Assembly (NCBI RefSeq): GCF_006345805.1
Contig: NC_043003.1
Span: 11,594,001 to 11,658,000, forward strand
Source of the DNA: Octopus sinensis
Lineage: Eukaryota
Direction: 5' to 3'
Length of the DNA: 64,000 nt
The notes below the pieces were generated by a model. That model was not told where the DNA came from and made no database searches. It was given only the letters and a program-made list of their open reading frames with translations. Positions 33,617-46,191 of this stretch are shown piece after piece (the first letter of the stretch is position 1; the number at the start of each line of letters is the position of its first letter). A program made the position numbers and the translations under genes.

Positions 33617-34015
33617 AGGCAGCGAGCTGGCAGAATTGCTAGCACCCTGGATGAAATGCTTAGTGGTATTTTGCCTGTTGCTATGTTCTGAGTTCAAATT
33701 CCGCCGAGGTCGACCTTGCCTTTCATCCTTTCGGGTTCGATTAAATAAGTACCAGTTATGCACTGGGGTCAATATAATCGACTTAATCCATTTGTCTGTC
33801 CTTGTTTGTTCCCTCTGTGTTTAGCCCCTTGTGGGTAGTAAAGAAATAGGTATTTCGCCTGTTGCTACATTCTGAGTTCAAATTCTGCTGGGGCCAACTT
33901 TGCATTTCATCTTTTTGGGGCTCGATGGATTAAGTACCAGCTACACACTGGGGTCTATGTAATTAACTAGTTCCCTCTCCTCAAATTTCAGGCTTTGTGC
34001 CTATAGAAGAAAGTA
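33617..34015 (+). mobile_element. SINE S2a-S2b dimer
   Basis: A full S2a runs to gaaata (33848), then a second unit restarts at ggtatttcgcctgttgc and ends with the S2b tail. Confidence 0.88.
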
Positions 34016-34057
34016 TTGTATGACATTCATTTACATGTTATAGTCATTAGTATACAG

Positions 34058-34310
34058 GTTCATCATCATCATCATCATCATCATTGTTTCAATATCCGCT
34101 TTTCCATACTTGCAAGGGTTGGACAGAATTTGTTGAGGTCGGTTCCTATCACGAACCCTCACTTTTTCCTAAGTAAAGTAATATTTCTCCATGTTCTGCT
34201 TAAGTTTGCAAGGAAGACTGGAAACAGAGGGCACTGCTTGCATGATGGTGGCACTCGTTTACGACTGTCCTATGAAGTGAAGACAAAGAAACAACACACA
34301 CACACCTATC
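34058..34310 (-). mobile_element. Family R variant
   Basis: (CAT)n, then tttccatacttgcaagggttggacag...gacaaagaaacaacac. Confidence 0.65.
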
Positions 34311-34509
34311 TCCTTTTCACTCTCTTGCGCTCTCTCTGTATATATATATATATAGGATGAGACAAGAACGCAAAGCATCCAGACAGATGATACAAAATAC
34401 AAAGGCGGGTCATTTGGAGTTTTCTTTCTTCAGTCATGTTCCAGATTATCTTTGCAATTTCGACTGGTTAATATATATGTGTGTGTGAGTGTGTGTGTAT
34501 TCACACACA

Positions 34510-34645
34510 TAATGACAAGCTTCTTTCAGTTTCTGTCTAGCAAATCCACTCACAAAGCTTGGACATCCTGGGGCACTTGCCCAGGTGCCGCCACACAGTG
34601 TGACTGAACCTGAAACCATGTAAATTGGAAGCAAGCATCTTACCC
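34510..34645 (-). mobile_element. SINE S1 5' half
   Basis: gcttctttcagtttctgtcta...gactgaacctgaaaccatg. Confidence 0.75.
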
Positions 34646-35044
34646 ACCCTCTACACACACACATGCAAGATGTGTCACTAATGTGGTGGTGGTGGTGGTG
34701 GTGGTGGTGGTGGTGGTGTGTGTATGTGGTGGGGTCTGGTATTATTTGAGAACCCCAGGCTTCAGACCTCCATCTTGCCTGAGTGTAAAGCAGGATTGCT
34801 ACAACAAAACCCAGCCTCAGTCCTGTGGTGGTGGCCAGCCATAATAGAACGTCCTGACTTCACACTTCTTCTTTCCTCTCTGTTTGTTGCTTGTTCCACT
34901 TCCACAACCTGTCTTTATTCTACATTTGTCTTCTGTTACTTGTCCTTTTGTTTAGATGTTTGCTATTTGGAATGTGTGTGTGTGTGTGTAAATAGAGATC
35001 AGTCATATACTTGTAGCGCTATCATTTAATCTAGCTACTTCTGT

Positions 35045-35047
35045 TTG

Positions 35048-35078
<31 letters not shown>

Positions 35079-35351
35079 ATGTATGTGTGTGTGTGTCTAT
35101 ATATATGTGTATGTTTGCGTGTATGTGTGTGTGTGTGTCTATGTATATAGGTATGTATATAAGTGTGTATGCATATATGTGTGTGTATGTGTCTATGTAT
35201 GTGTGTATATCTATGTGTGTGTGTGTGTTTGTGTATATGTCTATGCATGTGTATATGTATATATGTCTGTCTATATGTATATAGGTGTGTATGTATATAT
35301 ATATATATATGTATGTGTGTCTGTATGTATATAAGTGTGTATGTTTGTGTG

Positions 35352-35404
<53 letters not shown>

Positions 35405-35559
35405 CTATATATATGTGTGTGTGTGTGTCTATATGTGTGTGTGTGTGTCTATATGTATATGTGTGTGTGTATGTTTGTGTATATGTCTATGCATGTGTAT
35501 ATGTATATATATATGTCTGTGTCTATATGTATATATGTGTGTATGTATATATATATATG

Positions 35560-35598
<39 letters not shown>

Positions 35599-35620
35599 TT
35601 GTGTATATGTGTGTGTGTGT
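35045..35620. repeat. Compound (CT)/(TG)/(TA) microsatellite
   Basis: Direct reading; the block gtatatgtctatgcatgtgtatatgtata recurs. Confidence 0.92.
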
Positions 35621-36117
35621 GATTGGGCTATGTGGCTCTCCATTTATCTCTATATATTTATCTAATTTGTTTGTTTATTTATTCATGTAACTCTATTCGC
35701 CCAACACCATTGTCTATGTTTCATAGTATGAAGATAAATTCATTTGGACTCAATTGCATATACATGTGTGTGTGTGTGTTGGTTGGTTGGTATATACAGC
35801 AAAGAATCCTACAGAGACCTCCATAAAACATGATTAATGGAAAGGTGTATGAATTCGCTTTGATCTTCTCAGTATCCAGAGTGGAGGTAGCCACAGGCAT
35901 AAACTTGGTTGGCACTGACAGTTGGTTCTAGGCTGTAAGTGTAGTAACCATCCACTGTTGAAACAGACAAATGCCATCTGGGCTTTCAATGAGCTCTTGT
36001 GAAGGAGGAGGCTGGAAGAGGAATGGTGTGAGGGGTTGGTTTCTGTGAAGCTTGAATGTCTGTAGTAGTTTTGCTTGGATTATTTGTAATCAGTAGTGTT
36101 CCTTCGTTAATGAGTAA

Positions 36118-36436
36118 TACGAGGGGCTGCTGAAAAGTTCCTGGCTTTAAGGGTATAACGAAAGGCCTAGTTGGAGGTCTAACCATCTGACCCATGGAAA
36201 AATAGCCATTAAAACAATAATGATGATGATGATGATGATGATTGAGTGAAATATGAGAAGATTTGGCTGCTATTTCTTTGAGCAAGTTGAACAACAAAAT
36301 GGGGGCTCCCTTCCTGACTTTATGAGGGGTTGCTGAAAAGTTCCTGGTTTTAAGGGTATCACAAAAGGCCTGGACAGAGGCTCCACCTTCCAACCCTTGA
36401 AAAAATGGTCATTAAAACAGTGATGATGATAATGGT
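36118..36436 (+). mobile_element. Two direct copies of a mariner-TIR-like plus (GAT)n-tail unit
   Basis: TA-CGAGGGGCTGCTGAAAAGTTCCTGG at 36118 and TA-TGAGGGGTTGCTGAAAAGTTCCTGG at 36321, each ending ...cattaaaaca..(GAT)n. Confidence 0.7.
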
Positions 36437-37084
36437 ATGGTAAAATATGGCCTTTCACAACTACCCTGCAATGTCATTCTAAAAAATTAACAATCACATC
36501 ATTCAATTCTCAAGCCCCACCTTGTGCCCAGTTAGCACTACCCCTGGTATCACTGCTCCAGCTGGGGCTCACACCTGCTGATCCAAAGCCACCTTGATAT
36601 AACCTCTGCTGTCAGCATAACCAACTTGTTGGCCCTCCGCCACCATCACCATTTAACATCTGTCTTCCACGCTTGTGTATATATATGTGTGTGTGCGTGT
36701 TTGTGTCTGTGTGTGTATATATATATGTATGTATCTTTGTGTGTTTGTGTATATATATAATATATATATATATACATACACACACACACACATATATATA
36801 TACGTATACATATAATAGTCAGGGGAAATTAATGAAAGCAAGTAGAACCAATATCACCGCTAATGCCAAAGTTTAAATAAAAACTGAACAACTGAAAGAA
36901 TTCTCTGCTCAACTTTTATAAAGACTTGCTGACAACTTTCAGTTGCAATTACTCTAAATTACTGAATATACTTCTGACTTTCTGCTCACTGTGTTTATAG
37001 AAATCTAAGATTGCTAATGATGACGCTTGTGTTTCAGAAACGGAGATGGGATTAATAGATGAAAAGCTAGGGAAAGCGATAGAT

Positions 37085-37290
37085 AAACAGATAGGTAGAT
37101 AGATAGATAGATAGTATAATGCTCAGGAATAGAAAAAGTCTTTTACGTTTCGAGCCTATGCTCTTCTACAGAAAGGGACACAGAAAAAAACAAGGCGAGA
37201 TAGATAGATAGATAGATAGATAGCTAGATAGATAGATAGATAGATAGCGAGATAGATACATACATACATACATACATACATACATACAGA
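37085..37290. repeat. (GATA)n/(CATA)n arrays flanking a ~90-bp insert
   Basis: Direct reading. Confidence 0.9.
37138..37179 (-). ncRNA. Minimal type-I hammerhead-ribozyme-like motif (Penelope-type), probably degenerate
   Basis: GUCCCUUU CUGUAGA A GAGC-AUAG-GCUC GAAA C GUA AAAGAC; core is CUGUAGA instead of CUGANGA. Confidence 0.55.
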
Positions 37291-37587
37291 GATAAAGGGT
37301 AATGTTCTGCTTTTACTGTATCTAAGAAAGACAGGGATATAAGTGGATAGGTAGCGTGTGGAAGAGAGAGAAGAGATGAGGATGATAACTTTCTTTTTAT
37401 TTTCTTTTATTTTTAAGTACCAAAAGTGTTAAACAAACTGTATTGTGATCTAACCTGGACAGATAAAGTGTGGCAGCAGAATCGGTGTGTTGTAGTGAGA
37501 AGTGGGTGGTTGGGATAGATGGATAGATGGATGGATGGATGGACAAGGTAGTTACTTAGGTATTAGTTGTAGGCAAAGTGTTGATTA

Positions 37588-37601
37588 GTAACCATGGCAA
37601 C
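37588..37601. promoter_or_regulatory. RFX X-box-like motif GTAACCATGGCAAC
   Basis: 14-bp match to the GTNRCC-AT-GGYAAC consensus in non-repeat sequence. Confidence 0.35.
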
Positions 37602-39279
37602 TTTGATAGATTTCTCTCTTCAAAAGAAAGGCTATTAGCTGCGATCTTTCTGATTTTTCAATGAAGAATTTATCACAGCAATCTTTTGTCTACATGTAGT
37701 GGGTTGGTGTCAAGAATGTATTTCACAGTTGTTTTATCTTTCGGATTTCTTTCTCAAACTTCTCTTTCTCTCTCCTCCTCCTCTCTATCTCTCCTTCTTC
37801 TCTTATTTTTACTTCGGAGAGAGGGGTGATAGCATGAATAAATAGATTAAAATCAGCAGAAAGAAAGAATTTCTTCTGATGCAATCTCATTCTTGGCATT
37901 GTCTATTAACCAATGAAAGAGCTAAGAGATTTTCGCTTTTGTTCAAATCTAAATTTTCTTGGTCTTTTAACCTCAGTGAAGTGTGATGATAATTGATTTG
38001 GTTATATTTCTATCAGACACTTCCCTCATTGACATTGCTCTTTATCATTGAACTCTCTTTCTTTCTTTCTTTCCTTCCTTCCATTCATCTAGTTCTCTTT
38101 CATTCCAGCCATCTTTCTCTCATTCGTTCCATCTTTCCTGTCATCTTTTGTTCGGTTTGTGTGTATCTCCTTCGTCCCATTTTTGTCTCTAGTTTCTTCT
38201 CTCTTTCATTGTTTCTGTCTGTCTGTCCGTCTGCCTATCTCTGCCTCTCTGTCTCTCCGTCTCATTCCATTTATCTTTCTGTCTTTCTTTCATTGTGTTT
38301 CTTTGACTCTCTCTTTTATTCCATCCTTCTGTCTGTGTCTCATTCCATACACACACAAACACACACACACACACATATATATTTGTGTGTGTGCCTGTGT
38401 GGATAGATAGATAGATACCTTTTGTTCATTTTGTCCTTTTCCTCTGCATTCTGTCTGTTCTCTCTTTTGTTCAACATTCTTACTTAGTCGCTACAAACTT
38501 TCAGTTGTACAATACTTTGTCTTTAATTCTGTCTTGGGTGATTTGAAATTAAAATGCTCTTCCTTATTTATATCCAAAGTCATATTACATGCATACACAC
38601 ACAAAGACGCTCTTGAATATGTGCATATCTAATGATTGTGCACTGTGAACACATGCATATAAGCCCCTTGTTTAACCAAGACAGCAAACTGTATCTTCAG
38701 CTGAAACTAGCATCAAATACTGTTTAGAATTTTAAATCTGCAAAGATGCTTGTTAGTCTGTAATGTTAAAGTTTAAAAACACTTTCCTAATGGCTCACCT
38801 GTAGTGGCTAATCAAACAATGGAAAGGTGTAGATTAACATCTAGAGTCAACCAGAGTGTCCACGTGATCCACCACAGGGTCATGGTTATGTTTGCAAAAC
38901 CCACTCAACTCACCAATTAGCTGGGGGTAAAAAAATGCAATATGTCTGATCCTTGTCTCACAGAAGAAATTGTTTGAATATTGTGGCACTCATAATGAGA
39001 ATTAATTAAAATTTCATATTGGAACCTTGGGACAAGATGAGAATTGAAGATTGACAGCCAATGTGTTAATCTGGATTTTTCATTATGATATTGATGATAG
39101 TCATTTTCTGTTGGGCATCCACAGGTGTGGCCATTGACTAGCAGCAAGTTGTCCTATAATAACATCCACTTCATGTCATGCAATAAGTATTTCTTTGAAT
39201 CTTCATTCGGCCAGTAGAACTTTCAGCTTCTGTGCATTCTTTCTTCAGATTGTGCTGGGTCTGTGAGTCTGTCTAGGAG

Positions 39280-39700
39280 TGAGAAAAAAGACAGAGATAG
39301 GAGACAGCATGCCTGTGGGTCAGAGGTCGAAGTGTGTCTGTTTGTGATGGGATGCTAGTCAGCTAAGCAGTGCTTCTCTTAATGCAGTCCAAGACATCAG
39401 TGTACAGAGCAGCTGCACCATCCCAGATATGAGTCCAGTATTCCATTGTGTTCCTCTTTTGGGGCTTGTAAGAGTGTCAGCACCTGTTGGGAGGAGCTGA
39501 CATGTCTTCTGGCCCCTAAAGTGAAGGTTCTTGTAAGTCTCTTTACAATGCCACTAACCTAGCTATTTATCCAGAGACAGGCTTCTACAGCTGTTAATGG
39601 CACTCACCTTGTGGAAGCGAGAGGGAGGATGGTTACCAGGAGTGTGATGTACAGAATACTTGTTCTCATCTCAGGGTGGTAGTGTGTGTGAGTGAGTGGT
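39280..39700 (-). mobile_element. CR1/Jockey-group LINE ORF2 C-terminal relic
   Basis: Translates, with stops and frameshifts, to MEYWTHIWDGAAA...LDCIKR...TLRPLTHRHAVSYLCLF, resembling the MEYCSHIW...LQPLxHRRxV.xLxLFY block. Confidence 0.7.
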
Positions 39701-40190
39701 GGAGGGGGTTGAGTATGTAGTGAAAAGCATCCACTCTGGTTGTTTTTGACTTGATCAGTCAGAGATAATATTAAAACTTAAAAAAAAAACAAAGGAAAAG
39801 AGAAAGTTATAAATAAATAAATAACAACAACAGCAACAATAATAATGATGTTAGGAGATAATAATCTCAGCTATCTTATTCTTTCCACTCTTTCAGGGAA
39901 TCCTTAAAATAGTTTTCTCCCCATTCACCCAGCCCCCTTTTGTATTTGCCATTTGTGGGCTCTTACAGGCTGTATATAACAATTACTTTGTGGTTTTTAT
40001 AAGCTCTTGTGTGTAGCGAGGTATTTTTTTTTCCTGTTTTTTTTCCTCCTTTTTCTCTTGTTTCTTTCATTAGTCATATTATTTGATGATATTAAGGCCC
40101 CTACTTTTTTCATACCCCAAAAAGTGTTCCAAAAAAGCCAAAAAAATGACTTCAGGTTCTTTATATGAAACCAGGCCTATTTTGCATACT

Positions 40191-40423
40191 TTAACCCTTT
40201 TGTTACCAACCTGGCTGAAACCGGCTCTGGCTTTGTAATACAAATGTCTTGTTTTTCTTAAGTTTTGAATTAAAATCTTCCACCAAACCTTACTCTCAAT
40301 TTATGTTCCTAACACTACCTTAATGATAACTGTAAATTATTTTACTAAATTCTTTGTTATATTTAAAATTAATTGAAAGAAACACAGATCATCTCAAAAT
40401 AAATTCAGTAACGAAAGGGTTAA
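40191..40423 (+). mobile_element. piggyBac-type MITE B
   Basis: TTAA-CCCTTTTGTTAC ... GTAACGAAAGGG-TTAA. Confidence 0.93.
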
Positions 40424-40648
40424 AAAGGTGGCCAGCTGGTAGAATCGTTAGCCTGCCACACAAAATGCTTGGCAGCATTTTGTCCGTCATCACATTCTGT
40501 GTTCAAATTTCACCAAGGTCAACTTTGCATTTCATCCTGTGGAGATCGATAAAATAAGTACGAGTTATGTACTGGGGGCCAAAATAATCAACTTACCCCC
40601 TCCCCTGAAATTGCTGGCCTTGTGCTAGAATTTGAAACCAATATTACA
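40424..40648 (+). mobile_element. SINE S2b abutting the MITE
   Basis: aggtggccagctggtagaatcgttagc...gtgctagaatttgaaacc. Confidence 0.88.
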
Positions 40649-40717
40649 TTCTTGCTTGTTGATATATTTATCCATTATTGGCCATAGTAATAATTTAGAT
40701 AAAATACACATCTTTGT

Positions 40718-41108
40718 TTACTCTTTTACTTGTTTCAGTCACTTGACTGCAGCCATGCTGGAGCACTGCTTTTAGTCGAGCAAATCATCTCCAGGACTTA
40801 TTCTTTGTAAACCTACTACTTATTCTATCAGTCTCTTTTGCCGAACCGCTAAGTTACAAGGACGTAAACAAGCTAACACCTGTTGTCAAGCAGTGGTGAG
40901 GACTAACACGTGCGCATACACACACACATAGAAACACACATACACGGCAGGCTTCTTTGAGTTTCCATCTACCAAATCCACTCGCAAGGCTTTGGTTGGC
41001 CCAAAGCTATAAGAAAAGACACTTTCCCAAGGTGCCATGCAGTAGGACTGAACCCTGAACCATGTGGTCAGGAAGCAAGCTTCTCACCACACAATTACAC
41101 CTATGCCT
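40718..41108 (-). mobile_element. SINE S1, full length
   Basis: cttttacttgtttcagtcacttgactgcagccatgc...accacacaattacacctatgcct. Confidence 0.9.
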
Positions 41109-42091
41109 ATACAGATTCCATTTTGGTCTTATTGTTCCAGTGCACATCAAACCTTTCACTAATACTCCAAGCTGTCTCAGTTGGGTTTTCCCATGATCTT
41201 TCTAGACATCTCAAACATTCCACTGTATTTCCTCTCTTGCAACTGATCTGTGGGTTTGTGACACACATATCACACCTTGTTTTGCAGGTGTACTTGTCAA
41301 AATAGCAAGACTATAGCCGACTGATTTAATGGAGTGACCTGTTTTTGTCTATGACTGATACTCAGATCAGTTTCTTGGGCTGGGTTTTCCTAAATCTGTT
41401 AATTATTTCACTACTGGGCATGTAATGAAACCTGCAAAATTATCCTATCAGATTCATCGTTATTGTACTTTGTACTCTTCCAAAATAATATAAAACTGAG
41501 GGTGTACTCCATATTTTCTTTTCTTGTATTGAGTTCTTTCTTTTGTTTTTTTCACCTCTGAATTGTTTATACTGATGTATATTTCTATCTTATGCATGTG
41601 TGTGTCTATATGCGTGTACTCACTTGCTAACACATGCAAGGGACACTGAATCAATTTTCATTTTACTTACTCTCTTACTATCACTCACTCTTTTATTTGT
41701 GTTCTGACAGCTCTTGCTACTTCCTCACAGTTTTCTTTCCACGAAAGCAAATAGCAACATATAACTAGTATATGGATGAATTATTTTTTGTTTTCCTTTC
41801 TTTTTTTCAAGGCTTATCTGAATTGATTTGTTTTTTGTTTTTCTCTTAATATTTTGTGGGTCATACAAAATACCCCCAGGGTTTTAGTTGTGTCTATCAA
41901 ATCTCATTCAGGCTGTCTGTTTCTTTTGTTTTTTTTTTTTATGGGGTTGGCACAGTAAACTCCAGATAATAAACTGGGTCGATATGAATGGCTGAAAGCC
42001 CTGGAAGGTGCTGCCTTTGGCACAGCTGCAATCAAATGACTGAAATCCACAAAGAACCGACAGAATATCTTAAACCATTATCAATACTTTT

Positions 42092-42285
42092 TAACATTTA
42101 ATTTTCCATGCCTGCATGGGTTGGAAGGAGTTTAAATGAGATAAATTATTTTTACAACCAGATGCCCTTCCTGTTGCTAACCCTCACCTCTTCCATTGCA
42201 AGACATGTTCTCACAGAGTATTGGAAATAAACGAGATTGCTTGTATGACAGTGACAATCATTTACAACTAACATGCCATCTCAAG
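42092..42285 (-). mobile_element. Family R variant R2
   Basis: tttccatgcctgcatgggttgg...ccagatgcccttcctgttgctaaccctcacc. Confidence 0.7.
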
Positions 42286-42435
42286 AGATGGAGACAAACA
42301 AACACACACATATGTTGGGCTTCTTTCAGTTTCCATCTATCAAATCCACTTACGAGGCTTTTGTTGGCCTATGGCTATATTAGAAGACACTTGCCTGTAG
42401 TCCTAAACTTGCCCATGGTGCCACACTTGCCCCTA
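42285..42435 (-). mobile_element. SINE S1 fragment
   Basis: gggcttctttcagtttccatctatcaaatccac...gaagacacttgcc. Confidence 0.75.
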
Positions 42436-42931
42436 TAGTGATGTCTGCTCCATCATGTAAGAATAAAATTTGTTTGTTACTCTATTTAGACCCCTGTGGC
42501 AGGCTGAATTGTGTGCTTGCCCGGAGGTAGTTTGTAATGACTGTTGTCATGGCTGACTCTGGCAATTTATCCACCGTCCTACCCTCACAGCTATTGTTTA
42601 TATTTCTCCATACCATAAAGATAGATATAACTACAAGTGCATGGAGCATGTGTGTGTGTATGTGTGTGATAGAATAAGTACTGCTGACGTGACTTTGTTT
42701 GACTAAAAACCTTCAAGGTGGTGTCCCAGTATGGCCACAGTCTAATGACAGAGATGACATGTAATAGCACATATATTCACAGAGCTACGCAGCAAAGGAT
42801 CACAGTATAAATAGATTCCAAAATACAAGCATAGCCCAACCCATGCCTGCATGGAAGACATGCATATGATGATGATGATGATGATGATGATGAAGGATGC
42901 ACATATGCTCATACACACACACACACACACA

Positions 42932-42962
<31 letters not shown>

Positions 42963-43320
42963 CACGCTTACATTATCAGTGTATATTTATATATAAAGAT
43001 ATCATTTATTGGTTCATTTCTCAAAAGCCATTCTATTTTAATTTCTGGCTTTCCAAATGCTTTTAATGTAGAGAGTTCCTTTGTTGGTTTGCTTGATACA
43101 TAGCATTTGTTTTTGATGTTGTGTGACCTTTTCTCCGCATGTGTGTGTGTGTGGTGTGTGTGTGTGTGTTGTGCATATGTATGTGTGCATGCATGCATGC
43201 GTGTGTGTGTGTGTGTGTGTATTGTGCATATGTATGTGCACATGCGTGTGGTCTGTGTGTGTCATTTAACATCCATGTTCCATAGAAACATAAATTTGAC
43301 GATATATATATATATATATA

Positions 43321-43705
43321 TCATCATCATCGTTTAACGTCCGCTTTCCTTGCTAGCATGGGTTGGACGATTTGACTGAGGACTGGCGAACCAGATGACT
43401 GCACCAGGTTCCAATCTGATCTGGCAGAGTTTCTACAGCTGAATGCCCTTTCTAATGCCAACCACTCCAAGAGTGTAGTGGGTGCTTTTATGTGCCACCG
43501 GCACAAGGGCCAGTCAGGCGGTACTGGCAACGGCCACGCTCAAATGGTGCTTTTTATGTACCACCTGCACAGGAGCCAGTCCAGTGGCACTGGCAACGAC
43601 CTCGCTCAAATGTTTTTTCACATGCCACCGGCACAAGTGCCAGTAAGGCGACGCTGGTAATGATCACCTTCATTCGAATGATGCTTTTTACGTGACACCA
43701 CCACG
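43321..43705 (-). mobile_element. Retroposon R1
   Basis: catcatcatcgtttaacgtccgc... with about four gtgccaccggcac-type units. Confidence 0.9.
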
Positions 43706-44214
43706 GAAGCCAGTTATGTATGTATATATATATATATATTATATATATATATATATAGGTGTATGTGTGCACATCTGAGTGTATGTATGTATAATATCTA
43801 CATGTGTGTTTGCATAGGGTAATTATCAAAAGTGATTAGTATTGACATAAACGAGGCTTTAGTAATTACAATTTTTCAGCCTATCCTTTGTAGGTCTTTC
43901 CTCCTGCTTTCTAATGCCCATCTTGTGTGCCTATATGTATGAAACCATATTCTAGGACTTTGAACAACAGAATTAGTGCAACAAAATCCAAATAATGCAA
44001 ACTCGTGACACAATTTATTCCCAGACACACAGCTATTTCCTTATATTCCATTTCGGCTTTGACCAATCCCTTGGCAACTCTGCTGCTCCATGTTAACCTT
44101 GGAGTCATTTGGGTTAATTAGTCATTAGTGGATGTCTCTGTTCCTACAAGAAGAAACAACTGAGTTTGTTTGGTGTAGTGATTCTCAACCAGGGTCCATT
44201 CTCTTATTTTTTTT

Positions 44215-44345
44215 TTTTTGTTTCAGTCATTTGACTGCGGCCAGGCTGGAGCACCGCTTTTAGATGAACAGATCGACCCCTGGGACTTATTCTTTGTAAG
44301 CCTAGTACTTACTCTATCAGTCTCTTTTTGCCGAACTGCTAATTT
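44215..44345 (-). mobile_element. SINE S1 3' half, joined to an R1 fragment (44345-44470)
   Basis: tttcagtcatttgactgcggcc...gccgaactgctaa, then cccttcctcatgccaac. Confidence 0.8.
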
Positions 44346-44597
44346 ATGGGCCCTTCCTCATGCCAACTACTCTGAGAGTGTAATGGATGCTTTTATGTGC
44401 CACTGGCGCGGGTGCCACTTTCATGACACCAGGATGCTTTTGCATGCCAATTTGCATCACATTGGTATCTGCTACAACTGTGATTTTGTTCAGCCTGTGG
44501 GTCTTCTTCAAGCATGGTATAATGCCAAAGATCTCGGTCTTTACCTCCATGAGACCTAACACTCCCAAAACTTTCATTATATTTTCATCAAATTGTT

Positions 44598-44790
44598 ATC
44601 ATCATCATCATCATTTTTAACATCCACCTTTTCTTGCTTGCATGGATTGGAGAGAGAGCTTACTGAGACAAATTTTCTAATTTTCTATGGCTGGATGCCT
44701 TTTCTCTCATCAGCCCTCACCTGTTTCCAAGCAAAGTAGTATTTCCCCATGGCCAGACATGCTGCCAGAGAATAATCGAAATGGATTACA
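44598..44790 (-). mobile_element. Family R variant R2
   Basis: (CAT)n tttaacatccacc...ggctggatgcc...cctcacctgtttccaag. Confidence 0.7.
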
Positions 44791-45077
44791 CTATTAGTTA
44801 ATCCATTTACATCTAATCAAGCAGCATCCAAAAGAAGGCAACACAAATATACCCGCAAAGGAAGAGTATAGTGTATGCACCATGAATTTTGATGGGTACT
44901 TTGAATATCATCTTAGATACCTGTATGAAACTAGGGTACGTGCGCACACACATACACACATGAGGTCATATGTGCAAAACAAGGTGGGAAAAATAGCACT
45001 AGACTACCAAAGGTAGAGCAAAATACTATTTTATGAACCCTTTTGTTACCAATTTTACAGGAAGAGGGAATAGCCAT

Positions 45078-45301
45078 TTAACCCTTTTTGTTACTAACCT
45101 GGCTGAAATCGGCTCTGTACTACAAATGTCTTGTTTCCATAAGTTTTGAATTAAAAGTTTCCACCAAACCTTAGTCACAATTTATGTTCCTAACACCAGC
45201 TGAATGATAACTAAGTTATGTTACCTAATTCTTTGTTATATTTAAAGTAATTGAAAGAAATACAGAACATCTCAAAATAAATACAGTAACGAAAGGGTTA
45301 A
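45078..45301 (+). mobile_element. piggyBac-type MITE B
   Basis: TTAA-CCCTTTTTGTTAC ... GTAACGAAAGGG-TTAA. Confidence 0.93.
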
Positions 45302-45982
45302 AGTTGAAAAAATCTTCACAAACTGGTTACATGAAACTCTGACAGTTTGTCAAGTTTTTCAGCTTTGATAAAATAGTAAACACACACACACACACAGGTG
45401 AGCACGTAAATGCAAAACAAGGTGGAAAAAAATAGTACACAGCTACCAAAGGTAGAGTTATATACTTTCTGTTAAAGATGCAAAATTCTCACAGAACTGT
45501 TACTCAGAGTTTTACTTTCCCATTTGTCGAACAAGTGTGTATTTATCACAACTGTCTGAGGAATGGGCATGTGGAACACCAAATAACTGTTCTGTGATAA
45601 TTTTGCAACTTTACTACTACTACTACTACTACTACTAATAATAATATAATAATAATAATAATAATAATAATATATATATATATATATATACATGGCAAAT
45701 ACGGTAAACCACTTTTTACCCCTGCCCATATATAATACTCAATTGCAAGATTTCCACACAATAACTACCACTTGGGTATGAATAACTGGGTACACTACCT
45801 GCAGTATATTGGATAGGTACTATCCCTTAGTTGGTTTCTCAACCTCTAACTCACACAGAAATATATATATATATAAATATAAAATTGAAGAAATTGGAGT
45901 CAACAAGAAGGGTTCTGAGGGTGGCCAAGCTTTATACTGTACTCTGTCACAATCCTAACAGAATATACCACAACGTATATAC

Positions 45983-45984
<2 letters not shown>

Positions 45985-46018
<34 letters not shown>

Positions 46019-46156
46019 ATACAATATATATAATATATATATACATATATATATACATACATATATATATACATATTATATACTATATATATACATTTAC
46101 ATATATATATATATATTACATATATACATATATATATATACATATATACTATATAT

Positions 46157-46191
<35 letters not shown>

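Noticed and set aside
39060-39272. Strong minus-strand acceptor (tctgtcttttttctcactcctag) suggesting a coding exon
   Set aside because: The pyrimidine tract is part of the LINE relic, and all three downstream frames hit stops before a good donor.
43911-44108. 65-aa minus ORF (MTPRLTWSSRVAKGLVKAEMEYKEIAV...) as the next exon after 46472
   Set aside because: The acceptor lacks a pyrimidine tract; phase compatibility alone is a 1-in-3 coincidence.
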